Sequence record: AJ697969.1
Length of the DNA: 64,000 bases
Reading direction: 5' to 3' (one strand)
From: Pseudomonas phage EL
The translations under genes were made by a program, and so were the position numbers. Position 1 is the stretch's first letter. Each line of letters starts with the position of its first letter. The notes under the pieces were generated by a model. The model was not told the DNA's origin. It was given only the letters and a program-made list of their open reading frames with translations, and searched no databases. Positions 9,359-18,934 of this stretch are shown one piece after another.

Positions 9359-10354
9359 TTGGAGAAGGTTGTGAAACATAAAGAAACACCCTTTCAACGA
9401 GCCAGCAGCGGGCATGTCCTTCAGGTCGGTGACAACGGGTCTTGCCATGTGGGGGATCACGGGACCGCCATCGCTGGAAAAAATAGCGTCGCCACCGCTG
9501 CGAACAATGGACACGCTGTTTCTGGAGACTATGGGACAGCCATCGTTGAACGCTTTGGTATCGCCTCTGCCGGAAATAAAGGCATGGCTATCGCCGGAGA
9601 TTGCGGCAGTGCCACCGCTGGAGATCATGGTATCGCCACCGCGGGAAATTACAGTACGGCTACTGTCGGATACTTAGGTACTGCCACCGCCGGAAAGAAA
9701 GGGAAAGCTACCGCTGGAGATTGGGGGACTGCTATCGTTGGACTCGATGGCGTTGCGTCTGCTGGAAAGAATGGAAAGATCCACATCCAGTACTTCGACA
9801 GTGAAGCCAATCGTTACCGCACAGCAGTTGGATATATCGGTGAGGACGGTCTCGAACCTGGCGTTCCTTACCAATTGGATGAAAACCACGAGTTCGTAAA
9901 GGGAGACATTGCCATGACAAAATTCTCTACAGAGGGCCACGTGACTATACTCTTCCGAGGATTGGGTGTAGGTCTTATCAACGTCCAGGTCGTAAGGGTC
10001 ACTAAGGGTATAGGACATCCCAAACCCTTTTTCCATATTGAGGGATCTGAAGACAAGGGTTACCGTTTGCTTCATAACGGGAGTGAATGGATTGATCAGG
10101 TCTTTGAGGCTAAGAAAGCTGTACTCTTCATTGAGTCCCTCTACCCCCCTGTGACACCCGATAAAGAGACCGTGAAACTTACAGTGCCCGAGGATCAGCA
10201 AATCCTGGTTAAAGTACGTCGAGTGAATAAGCTGGCCTTGGATGCTGTTGTGTTCCACATTGACACCCTGGGTGGTGCGTATCAGGTATCCTATACCGAG
10301 CAACTGACCCCCGATCTCAATCAGTTGACTCATGTTGAGTTAGTGGTCATTTAA
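9359..10354 (+). CDS. Octapeptide-repeat (xxGxAxAG) beta-solenoid-like protein
   Basis: About 15 tandem 8-residue repeats (DHGIATAG, NYSTATVG, YLGTATAG, KKGKATAG, DWGTAIVG ...) followed by a non-repetitive C-terminal domain. The true start may be the GTG at 9371. Confidence 0.65.
   Translation: MEKVVKHKETPFQRASSGHVLQVGDNGSCHVGDHGTAIAGKNSVATAANNGHAVSGDYGTAIVERFGIASAGNKGMAIAGDCGSATAGDHGIATAGNYSTATVGYLGTATAGKKGKATAGDWGTAIVGLDGVASAGKNGKIHIQYFDSEANRYRTAVGYIGEDGLEPGVPYQLDENHEFVKGDIAMTKFSTEGHVTILFRGLGVGLINVQVVRVTKGIGHPKPFFHIEGSEDKGYRLLHNGSEWIDQVFEAKKAVLFIESLYPPVTPDKETVKLTVPEDQQILVKVRRVNKLALDAVVFHIDTLGGAYQVSYTEQLTPDLNQLTHVELVVI
9425..9775 (+). repeat. 24-bp periodic coding tandem repeat (octapeptide repeats)
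   Basis: Imperfect 24-nt periodicity visible in the translation. Confidence 0.7.
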
Positions 10355-10365
10355 GGACGTCAATC

Positions 10366-10611
10366 ATGGCTAAAAAGAACCTTAAGGTGTTCAAGACCCA
10401 CGGGGAATTCGATACGGAGGTGATTCGTCGTGCTCGACTTATCCTCGACGCCAGGGGTTACCGGGGGAAGATATGTGTGAACGCACTCGGTGAAAGTTCT
10501 GCGTGGAATAAAGCAGATCGCAATGAGGACGGTCATCGTCTGATCGACGACGACACTATCGCCGAAGTGGCTCGCTCGATGGTTTACGACACTCTCGATT
10601 ACGGAGAGTAA
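10366..10611 (+). CDS. Hypothetical protein
   Basis: 81-aa ORF. aagga RBS. Confidence 0.5.
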   Translation: MAKKNLKVFKTHGEFDTEVIRRARLILDARGYRGKICVNALGESSAWNKADRNEDGHRLIDDDTIAEVARSMVYDTLDYGE

Positions 10612-10902
10612 GTTTTAACACGTTGACCGTATTATATACGGACAACATGTCGTTTTAATCCGCGTCTGCGGGTCCCGCCTGAACTTAAGGGTGATAAGGT
10701 GTGGTACTCGTCGAGTATGAGCTTGGCAAAACTCATACTCCGAACCCTATGGACGGTATAGCCGCTATCGTCAAGTCACACTGTTGAGCTATTGACCTGG
10801 ACTTCAGTCTCCTTTTCGGTGCTGTCGGCGGGAAGGTTCTCGGACGGTGAGGCGGCTTGTGAAGGTGCTAAACTAGCGCTGGTTGAACACCTAGCAAGTT
10901 AA

Positions 10903-10971
10903 GGGGAGGAGGGACAGCCATCGGCTCTAAGCAGATGGGTTCCTCCTCCCCTCGCTCCTTTTATTTTTTTT
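10903..10971 (+). terminator. Long hairpin (ggggaggagg...cctcctcccc) + T9 run. Terminator of a possible ncRNA.
   Basis: 10-bp outer stem with an inner ccatc/gatgg stem, then ttttattttttttg. Confidence 0.6.
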
Positions 10972-11063
10972 GTCTTAATACCGTGTTACTCGACCGGTTT
11001 CTAAAGGATACAGACTGTACGAATATTATGTCTTATCCCCCGACTTACCAAGAGGTTAAAGCG

Positions 11064-11540
11064 ATGTCGAAAAACAACGATCAGAAGAACCCCTCCACTC
11101 CTGAGGACGAGAAGGCTAAAGCGGTAACCACCCCTCCGGTGACTCCTCCCGCTCAGCCAGCTCCCGCTACCCCTCAAACGTCTCCCAAAGCCTCGAAAGA
11201 CGAGAGTGAAGAGGATAACCAGGACTTCGACAACATTCTGATCAATGTACTGTCGCTCTATGACAATGGGGAATTCAATAAAGAACTCCTTATTGAGATG
11301 GTGGAAGAAGTCCGTAAGGTTACCCGTCCGGGTCTTATCCCCGAAGAATACTACATCGATGTCGCCGTACAGCGTTATGTGGAATTCGCCAAACGCAAGA
11401 AGATCGACCTGAAAAACCTGTCGATCCTGGTGGGTAATCCTGAAACCTCGGTAGAACTGCGCTCGCTGAACTTCTACCGTGCAATGGAAGGCCTGGGTCC
11501 GACCTTCTTCATGCCGTACATCATTGAGAGTAAAGAGTAA
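11064..11540 (+). CDS. Hypothetical protein with Pro/Thr-rich linker
   Basis: ORF from MSKNNDQ with gaggt RBS. A longer 10935 start is possible. Confidence 0.5.
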   Translation: MSKNNDQKNPSTPEDEKAKAVTTPPVTPPAQPAPATPQTSPKASKDESEEDNQDFDNILINVLSLYDNGEFNKELLIEMVEEVRKVTRPGLIPEEYYIDVAVQRYVEFAKRKKIDLKNLSILVGNPETSVELRSLNFYRAMEGLGPTFFMPYIIESKE

Positions 11541-11551
11541 CACTGAATAAA

Positions 11552-11610
11552 CCCCTAACCCCTAGCCCCTTTAACAGGGCTAGGGGTTAGGGGGTATAAC
11601 ATTTATTTTT
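11552..11610. terminator. Bidirectional rho-independent terminator between convergent genes
   Basis: 17-bp perfect stem cccctaacccctagccc/gggctaggggttagggg flanked by A/T runs on both sides. Confidence 0.8.
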
Positions 11611-11612
11611 GA

Positions 11613-14585
11613 TTAAGCAAAGGGATTGGTATCGGGACTGTTCTCTTCAGGATTGGTCCCATCCTCATTGCCTTCTTCACCCTCAGGAGAGGTTTCTTCT
11701 TCCTCCTCTCCTTCAGTACCTGCTTCAGAACCTTCCTCTTCCTCTATACCTTCCGGTTCTTCCTCTTCCCCGGGAGGGGTATTCTCTAAGGCGTTCTGAT
11801 CCCCTTCAGGGAGATTCGCCTTATCCCTGGCTTCTTGAAGGTCTTTATCAGCCTTATCGATCTTCTTGGCGTGTGCCTTAATGACCTTAGCGTCCGCATC
11901 ACGAGTCCCCGCAATCAGGGCTGCCAGGAACTCCCCGACATTCTGACGCTGACTCACAACGGCGTTCACCAAGGAAGCAAGACCACCACCCTTACCATCG
12001 TTAAGGATGTCGTCAAATGGCATCGGGAGGTTATAGCGCCTGAAGGCTTCAACCGTGAGGACTGACTTCACTTGCTCGTTAATCGCTGTCAGGTTCTTGT
12101 TATTCCCTTCTCCATCATCGGATTCGGGAATACCCAAGAGCTCAGCAATCTGTTTCAGGTTACCCGAATGACCTGCCATAGCGACCCACGACTCCACCAG
12201 CTGACTCACCGTATCCAAACTGTCCTTGAGCTTAGCAGTCGTTTCAACAGAACTGGGGATCGGGAAGTGGGCTTTAAGGTTAGTCAAGAAGTCAACGAGA
12301 ATCATTTTAATGATCTCTTCGTCAGACCCTTCCAGTTTCTCCTTACTGTCCGGTGACCAGAGTTTCTTATTCTCCGAGATCTTGGTCACCAACTTCTTCA
12401 TTAAAGGCACGTTCACGTGAGCATGCTTACGTTCGAAGTCAATAATGAAGTCTGCCAGGCGTTCTTGCCAGTTAACGATTTGGTTCAGGAGCATCTGGTG
12501 TTCAGCCAGGGCCTCAATCTGGAAGTTGTTCTGATCGTCACTGACATCCAACCAACTCCGAGACAGGTGGAAGTAGTTGGCGATCTTGTTCAACAGCTCC
12601 GTACGACTATTCTGATCGACCGGACGGAAGATGTTCTTTTCCAATTGATCGAGCTGAATATCCGAGGCGGGGAAGTAAGGGTTCTCGCCCGCATTGACTT
12701 TAACCGTTAAGGAGTTCTCCCTCAAGGTATCCACAATCATGGGGACTGACAGTTGAGATGTTGAGAGAATACTGTGCAACCGTGGGTTCGCTTCAAAGAA
12801 CGCCGCCCTGGTCGCCGCAATCCCCGCAAAAGGCTCTGCGTCGTTCTCCTGGAGGTTAATCGTCATTTGGGTGTGGGGTGTAGCCGCCTCCAGGTTCGCC
12901 AACGCGTCAGCGAGGTCTAAGGCCGCTAAACGGGCAATGTGCATTTTAGCCATTTGAGTCAACGACTGACCAATCCCTAAACGGTTATAGTTCAGGGCCA
13001 TATAGGTCATCGCTTCCCCAGGCACATACAAACACCGAATCCCCTGTCTCCGGAAAATGCGTTGCAGGAAGATCTTGTTGGCTTCCTCATCGATCTCAAT
13101 ACTGATGTTCTCCCCACGACCACTGAGGACTGACTGCATGTACCGTCGAATGATATTCGATTTCGAGATCTCAATGAACTCGGTCATATCGAAATCACAT
13201 TCTTTCCCTTCTTGGATTTGACGAAGCTGTTGAACCAGGTTGTTCGTACTACCGTTTTTAGGGCGGTTAGCAATCATACTGGCATTGCTTCGGTTACTCT
13301 GGTAGTACTCGAAGTCATTCGTATTCTTCAGGAAACTCCCATCCCGAGGATCTGTGAGGAGGATAAAGTCCGTTTGAGTTCCATTACTCCCGTTGATGTG
13401 AATCGGAATCACCGCTTCACTGGGAACCTTGTAGGTAATCCCCCGTCCATAGGGTGCAATCTTCAAGGCATCGACGGGTTTACTGAATTGAATGATCTGA
13501 CTCACCGGATTCCGTTGAGGGAACAAACGGTTACTCAACTCGTTCAATTCACCTTCCGTTAAGTTAACGGTAGTGGCTTGAGGATCAGCAGGCTTCTTAC
13601 GTTTGCGTTTCTTACCATCCGCATCCGTATAGTGCTGTTGATCATCTCCAGGGTTCGTACGAGCCACCAGAGCGGTTTGGATAATAAGGTCCAACCCTTC
13701 CGCTCCCGTTACCGCGGCAACATTCGACCGACGTTTACTTTCCTCGAACTTCTGGAGGTACAAGACCGCTGGGTTATCGGTCAGGGTAATATCAATCAGC
13801 TGAGCCAATTCCTTCGAGACAGAGTCTTTATCGTCTTCAAAGATATTGAATTCCACTTCAGCATTCTGAGAAGAAGGGTTCAGGAAAAGGGATTCTAGAC
13901 CACTGACGGTGTTATTTGTATTATGACTGGTTCTATTACCGACAAAGACACCTTTGTTCTTCACCCGGACTTTACCGTTGACGACTACGAACTCATGACT
14001 TAGCATCTCTTTAGCCTGGGTCATGAACTGTTCGTTACCGGCAACATCCCCGGATTGCTCCGCACCGTTGATCAAATAATCGAGACCTGGGCGACTCAAG
14101 TTAAACAGCACATAACTCCCGGTATTGAAGAGAATATCCGCGATCATTTCCCTCAAATCTTTCTCGATCTTATAGTCATTGGTATAGTAGCCATCCCAGA
14201 TGGTGAGGAGTTCATCATGCAATTTTGCATTTTTAATAGGGGACGGTTGGGTGTCGTAGGTGAGGATTTTGTCTTGCTTCCCATTGGGGTAGAGTAGACA
14301 CGTCTGCCAGATCAAGGTGGCTTTGTCGATATACGGCGTGATTAACCGCAAATCAGTAGCCGCGTTAATGTTGTTGCTGATGATATTACTCAGCTTTTCC
14401 AGTTTGTAAGGGTTAACCGTCCGATGACCGTTGATCTCATCCCGTTCAGGGGATGAACCGTTACGAGGCGTAGCATTACGCAGGGTCGCTGCAACCACTG
14501 GGTTTTGAGTCGTCAACGATTTACGCAAAGCAGCAAAATCCACCTGCGTGTTACCCTTGGACTGTCTACGAGATGTATCGACCAT
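11613..14585 (-). CDS. Large virion-type protein (about 990 aa) with poly-acidic C-terminus. Function unknown.
   Basis: Uninterrupted ORF. The first ATG is at 14585 (the track uses TTG at 14615). No Walker motif. C-terminus is an E/G-rich tail. Confidence 0.7.
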   Translation of the reverse strand: MVDTSRRQSKGNTQVDFAALRKSLTTQNPVVAATLRNATPRNGSSPERDEINGHRTVNPYKLEKLSNIISNNINAATDLRLITPYIDKATLIWQTCLLYPNGKQDKILTYDTQPSPIKNAKLHDELLTIWDGYYTNDYKIEKDLREMIADILFNTGSYVLFNLSRPGLDYLINGAEQSGDVAGNEQFMTQAKEMLSHEFVVVNGKVRVKNKGVFVGNRTSHNTNNTVSGLESLFLNPSSQNAEVEFNIFEDDKDSVSKELAQLIDITLTDNPAVLYLQKFEESKRRSNVAAVTGAEGLDLIIQTALVARTNPGDDQQHYTDADGKKRKRKKPADPQATTVNLTEGELNELSNRLFPQRNPVSQIIQFSKPVDALKIAPYGRGITYKVPSEAVIPIHINGSNGTQTDFILLTDPRDGSFLKNTNDFEYYQSNRSNASMIANRPKNGSTNNLVQQLRQIQEGKECDFDMTEFIEISKSNIIRRYMQSVLSGRGENISIEIDEEANKIFLQRIFRRQGIRCLYVPGEAMTYMALNYNRLGIGQSLTQMAKMHIARLAALDLADALANLEAATPHTQMTINLQENDAEPFAGIAATRAAFFEANPRLHSILSTSQLSVPMIVDTLRENSLTVKVNAGENPYFPASDIQLDQLEKNIFRPVDQNSRTELLNKIANYFHLSRSWLDVSDDQNNFQIEALAEHQMLLNQIVNWQERLADFIIDFERKHAHVNVPLMKKLVTKISENKKLWSPDSKEKLEGSDEEIIKMILVDFLTNLKAHFPIPSSVETTAKLKDSLDTVSQLVESWVAMAGHSGNLKQIAELLGIPESDDGEGNNKNLTAINEQVKSVLTVEAFRRYNLPMPFDDILNDGKGGGLASLVNAVVSQRQNVGEFLAALIAGTRDADAKVIKAHAKKIDKADKDLQEARDKANLPEGDQNALENTPPGEEEEPEGIEEEEGSEAGTEGEEEEETSPEGEEGNEDGTNPEENSPDTNPFA

Positions 14586-14607
14586 TCTTAACCTCTTCGA
14601 GCGAACT

Positions 14608-16929
14608 ATGGACAATATTGAATTTAATGCTTATCTGACTGACGTGTTTCGTCTAGTCAGAACCATGGTCATCAAAATAGAAGCCATTGCCTTACGGGAT
14701 AACAAAGTCCTGGAGGAAGCGGGTTATCCTGTCGGGTTGGATAAAAGGACCTGGCGGTACTACATGAACCTGAATGGGGACTACCACCCCAATGATCAGA
14801 TCATGACCATTACGTCGATTGATACCGGTGACGAAATTGTCTTCAATAAAGACAACTTGGTGACCCATTTAGCGACGGCCAGGGAGTATGCCACCGGTGG
14901 CTATTGGTTCAATCGCTTGGTTGAACGGTACCCGGGACAAGCTGAATTGATTCGCGGCATTATTGCACCGATCCCCTACGAGGAGACCATAGAGGCCGAG
15001 GACTATAAGATCCTCAAATACAATAAGGCTTTGGTGCAGTGGAATGAGGACCAATTGATCCCTCAACTCCAAGCTTGGATCTACAGTGAAGTGGAACAAG
15101 TCTTCCGCCACGAATACCGGTTAACAGATGACTTGATGCTCCCTTTCGGGATTATGTTGCTGTATGCTGATCTGTTCAAAGCCATTTGTACCATTCGGCA
15201 TGAAGCCATTGGGACGCGGTACGCCCATGATTTCTATATTTGGAGTCACATTGATTCCTACGGGGCGTTCTCCAAGTACAAGGAAAGTTTAGATCGGTAT
15301 CAAACCATGTGGTTGTACCGCAACATTGCGTGGATTGATAACAACCCCGGTCAGCAGTATACCTTTGGGAAGTTGATGGACAACCTCCTGACCCACGCAC
15401 GTATTCCCCTGGCCAAGTTTGATATGGTGGAGAATACAGCGAATCAGTTGGAAGAATTGGTTCCCAATCCCCTGTACCGTAGGCTCCAGCTTAACTTGCA
15501 GGAAGACTACGGTCGAGAAGCCACGTTTATCGATACCCAACACATGATCGATAAACAACAACCCTTGGCAAAAGAGAACCCTAATCAAGCGTCCATGTAC
15601 TATCACGACGCGTTGCAGAAAGGGAAACACAGTAACCATTCTGAACTGCCCACGAAGACGTTGGAATCCAAAATGATGGATTACACCAACCGTCACATCG
15701 ATACCAAGATGTCGGTAGTCTTTAATGAATGGATTTACTTAACCGCTAAGGGGTACTTTAAAGGGCGTATTCTGGTTACCGATCCTAAATCCGGTAAACA
15801 GGTCAGACTCCCGGTTGGGGATGCCTACTACGTGTGGCGGTACTTGGTGGACTTCGCCAGGGATCAAAAACCGGTCAACATCTGTCCGGCGTATTACCAC
15901 AATGTATTGAAAGCGGTTCCTCCCACCCTGGAAGCCTTGATTGATATTGGGGGTCCTTCGTTCATTACGCCGATTATGGCGTATGACGTCCGTAACGTGT
16001 GGATTCCGGTGAACACCTTTATTGCACCGGAATACCTCATGGCGTATTCTGAAGAAGTCTACGCACTCATGTGGAAACACAAGAAGATGTCAAGTCAGTT
16101 CTACGACTTGAACATGCGCGCGCGGATGGAGAACACCACGAAGTTCATGTACGAGTCTGGAATCGCTACGATCACGGACCTGACTACCTACCAACAACTC
16201 CTGAACCGGTATGAGTTCGACTTTACGGAATACACTCCGGAAGAAGCCCGTAACTTTGCCTGGGAGATCTTCAAACGCATCACGGGTTGGGACAGCAACA
16301 ATAACCCGTCCTTGAGGATTAAACAGTCAAACCTCATTGATATCATGATGCAGCTGTCGTCTTACACCATCCAGGTCATTAAGGAAATCGATGACGGTAC
16401 GGACTTAACAGAGCTCCCCAGTGAGATCTTTATTGGGGATCCCCGGTGGATTGGGAAGGGAAATGGCGCCTTCGGGGATTACACCCATGTTCAGATGGAT
16501 ATTCCCACTCATTTCGATGGTGTTCGCACCGTTGAAGAGGTTCATCCCCTGGTTGAACCTATGATCCCTGAGGTGGCAGCGATTGCGGAAGGGTATGGGG
16601 TGGCGCGTAGCGATGATATCTTTGAACGGGTGGATTTCAGCACCAACCTGTTGGACTACGCGGTTCGGATAATCGATGACTCCTATTTCAGGCTGTTACC
16701 AGCAGATCGTATGGGCCTCCCTGAAACTAATTACGGGCGTCTGGTATTTAAAGAGCTGCATAAGGAAACCCCTGTAGGTCCAGCGGACTATGGTCGCCTG
16801 GTGTTTAAGGAGCTGAGTCCCCTGACGGTGATTGACCCAGCTAACTACGGCAGACTGGTCTTAAGAGGGCCGGTTAAGGCGATCACTCCTAGTGGAAGAC
16901 TTCAATTTAAAGACGTTAATAAGGACTAA
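14608..16929 (+). CDS. Large structural-type protein (about 773 aa) with C-terminal triple (D/N)YGRLVFKEL repeat
   Basis: ORF with ATG at 14608 (MDNIEFNAY). The C-terminal motif is repeated 3 times and is also found in the 54997 gene. Confidence 0.7.
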   Translation: MDNIEFNAYLTDVFRLVRTMVIKIEAIALRDNKVLEEAGYPVGLDKRTWRYYMNLNGDYHPNDQIMTITSIDTGDEIVFNKDNLVTHLATAREYATGGYWFNRLVERYPGQAELIRGIIAPIPYEETIEAEDYKILKYNKALVQWNEDQLIPQLQAWIYSEVEQVFRHEYRLTDDLMLPFGIMLLYADLFKAICTIRHEAIGTRYAHDFYIWSHIDSYGAFSKYKESLDRYQTMWLYRNIAWIDNNPGQQYTFGKLMDNLLTHARIPLAKFDMVENTANQLEELVPNPLYRRLQLNLQEDYGREATFIDTQHMIDKQQPLAKENPNQASMYYHDALQKGKHSNHSELPTKTLESKMMDYTNRHIDTKMSVVFNEWIYLTAKGYFKGRILVTDPKSGKQVRLPVGDAYYVWRYLVDFARDQKPVNICPAYYHNVLKAVPPTLEALIDIGGPSFITPIMAYDVRNVWIPVNTFIAPEYLMAYSEEVYALMWKHKKMSSQFYDLNMRARMENTTKFMYESGIATITDLTTYQQLLNRYEFDFTEYTPEEARNFAWEIFKRITGWDSNNNPSLRIKQSNLIDIMMQLSSYTIQVIKEIDDGTDLTELPSEIFIGDPRWIGKGNGAFGDYTHVQMDIPTHFDGVRTVEEVHPLVEPMIPEVAAIAEGYGVARSDDIFERVDFSTNLLDYAVRIIDDSYFRLLPADRMGLPETNYGRLVFKELHKETPVGPADYGRLVFKELSPLTVIDPANYGRLVLRGPVKAITPSGRLQFKDVNKD

Positions 16930-16943
16930 AGGAGAAGAGTCTA

Positions 16944-17342
16944 ATGACCAAAGAGTTGAGACTCATTAAGGAGTCTTTTTGTCGTCTTCACGGGTTAGAT
17001 AAGGCAACGGCCTTGAACATTGAATATCAAGGCCGTAATCCCACCACCCTCAATGCGATGTTCATCCTTCACGGGGACGGCATCCCTTGCACACGGTATG
17101 AGCACGAACGCATCAGTTTGACGCCCCACACCCTGAATCGTTCCCTGGACCTTGACAGCAGTCTTAAACTCCACCGTTCTGATATTAACGCTGAGATGAT
17201 CAGCGCTTGGTTTAATACCCATACGAACGAATCCCTGCTGCCCCAGGACGTGGGTAAACTCATTATTGGAGACCGCGTGACAGTGATCTGTTCCACGGAT
17301 TCTATGCGCTTTAAGCACTCCTTTTCGATGGCTTTTAAATAG
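16944..17342 (+). CDS. Hypothetical protein
   Basis: 132-aa ORF. ggagaag RBS. Confidence 0.5.
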   Translation: MTKELRLIKESFCRLHGLDKATALNIEYQGRNPTTLNAMFILHGDGIPCTRYEHERISLTPHTLNRSLDLDSSLKLHRSDINAEMISAWFNTHTNESLLPQDVGKLIIGDRVTVICSTDSMRFKHSFSMAFK

Positions 17343-17350
17343 GAATCACC

Positions 17351-18298
17351 ATGGCACTTTCTGCTAATGAACTCCAGGATCAGAATCGATCTGAGGTTCC
17401 CGCTCAGACGACCACGAATACCTCCATGGGTAATCTGATCGCGAAATGTATCGTCACTGGTCAACCGATTACCATTCCCAAGTACACCACGCTCAATGAG
17501 CATTATGGTATTCTGGCTGAAGAATCCCTGGGAAGTAAGAATTCCCGAGATTTCTACTTGAAGTATTTCGGGATTGGTGTAAGGGGATCCAACTGTGATG
17601 GTAAAGACAGTCGGGGGGTCAGTCGATTGAAGGTTAACCAACACCAACCGATTGACATGAACTTGTTCACCGCAGTTCCCTTTATTGCACGTCCTTTGGA
17701 CGCCCCTTTGGACAACCTTAACCGCGAGAAGTTTCGTATGAGGACCGTGGAGGCTAGAAACGGTATTCCTTACGAGTTCTATTGGTTGAAGTTGGTTAAT
17801 TTCGATAACTATAATCCAACCGAAAACAAGATCACTCGTGATCCTGTAACCGGTCTGGAGGATGTTAAACCTTACATTCACCGTAAAGACGACCTGGACA
17901 ACCCACAACCGGTTGACTTTACCAGTGAGGGTAACATTCCTGTCAGCAATGAGTACATTAACAGTTCGGCTATTTTGGACTGTTCGTTGACTCAATCTGA
18001 TTTGCGTGAGATTTCACAAGCCTGCAAAATCTACTACGGGGATGCGGGATACGCATCCATTAACGAAGTGGGTGTTGCCTATGGGATTGATACTCAATTC
18101 CGTGGGGAGATTGCTGGAGGCGCGACTATCCAGTATACCGAGGTCATGAGTGCAGTCTTTGCTCACTACATGACCGAGCGTGATGGTCGCAATGCGCTCT
18201 CTAACATCAAGATCCAGCTTGCGTTTGACCACGGTGCAAGCGCGCCCATGCTCTTGCATACCAACTCAACTCAACCCCCAACTGGACAAGGAAACTGA
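17351..18298 (+). CDS. Hypothetical virion protein (possible capsid or major structural protein)
   Basis: 315-aa ORF in the structural block. No motif recognised. The assignment is speculative. Confidence 0.55.
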   Translation: MALSANELQDQNRSEVPAQTTTNTSMGNLIAKCIVTGQPITIPKYTTLNEHYGILAEESLGSKNSRDFYLKYFGIGVRGSNCDGKDSRGVSRLKVNQHQPIDMNLFTAVPFIARPLDAPLDNLNREKFRMRTVEARNGIPYEFYWLKLVNFDNYNPTENKITRDPVTGLEDVKPYIHRKDDLDNPQPVDFTSEGNIPVSNEYINSSAILDCSLTQSDLREISQACKIYYGDAGYASINEVGVAYGIDTQFRGEIAGGATIQYTEVMSAVFAHYMTERDGRNALSNIKIQLAFDHGASAPMLLHTNSTQPPTGQGN

Positions 18299-18301
18299 CC
18301 C

Positions 18302-18934
18302 ATGGAAATCCCAGCTATACTAAAAGGAGAAGTTCACCTTCCACTGGTTGAGAATATGACGGCAGGTCAGGCAATTGAGATAGCCAACGCCTTCTATCAA
18401 ACCACCCTGAAACCGGAAGACTTCAAGGAAGCCCAAGCCATCGTTGATGGTGATAAAGTCATTCTGGACCTGCTCGACCCTGTGACGGGTGAGGTTGTGG
18501 TGCATTTCGTCAACAAAGCGGGTGTTACACGTAAGCCGCTGGACGATACCACCCTGGTCAATCCCATGGCGGCGGTCGTGAATGCCGATGAGAACATCAT
18601 CTGGGCGGGTCCACCGGAGTTTGTGGGGAGTGTCACGGAGCTGGATTGGCTGAGGTATATTACCGACGCGCCACCACCCATGACCCCTGATCCGATGGAC
18701 TATGCCAAACGGATGGCCACCCTGCTGAATCAGTACAACATTGCGGGTGGTCGGTGGACCAATAACTGGAGTGCGGACCTTCCACGCTCTGTGACGGCAT
18801 TCCACGTGGCATATCGTGGTGACGCCCAATGGGCTCCGTCCAAGTTCATGTTGAATGATCTTGTGTCTGAGTTCATCGTGGTGATTTACCTACCCTACGC
18901 CCACCCCGCCTGTTACGTGTGCTTTGCGTCCTAA
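18302..18934 (+). CDS. Hypothetical protein
   Basis: 210-aa ORF directly after the previous gene. Confidence 0.5.
   Translation: MEIPAILKGEVHLPLVENMTAGQAIEIANAFYQTTLKPEDFKEAQAIVDGDKVILDLLDPVTGEVVVHFVNKAGVTRKPLDDTTLVNPMAAVVNADENIIWAGPPEFVGSVTELDWLRYITDAPPPMTPDPMDYAKRMATLLNQYNIAGGRWTNNWSADLPRSVTAFHVAYRGDAQWAPSKFMLNDLVSEFIVVIYLPYAHPACYVCFAS

Noticed and set aside
9674-10333. 219-aa minus-strand ORF and 9320-9628
   Set aside because: They are antisense to the octapeptide-repeat gene. Repeat-coding DNA lacks stops in several frames.
9359-10354. Ice-nucleation-protein homolog
   Set aside because: Only the 8-residue periodicity is shared. The repeat consensus xxGxAxAG differs from the INP AGYGSTxT.
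12072-13898. Several + strand ORFs of 90-120 aa
   Set aside because: They are embedded antisense in the continuous minus-strand gene of about 990 aa.
11613-14585. Terminase or portal assignment for the 990-aa protein
   Set aside because: No Walker A/B or nuclease motifs. Portal identity cannot be established from sequence alone, so it is left as a large virion-type protein.
17320-17345. T4-late-promoter-like TTTAAATA upstream of the putative capsid gene
   Set aside because: Single occurrence. Other structural genes lack it, so it is not supported as a promoter class.
17069-17995. 308-aa minus-strand ORF
   Set aside because: It is fully antisense to the 16944 and 17351 genes, which have RBS/ATG starts and are co-oriented with all neighbouring genes. 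Likely a frame artefact.
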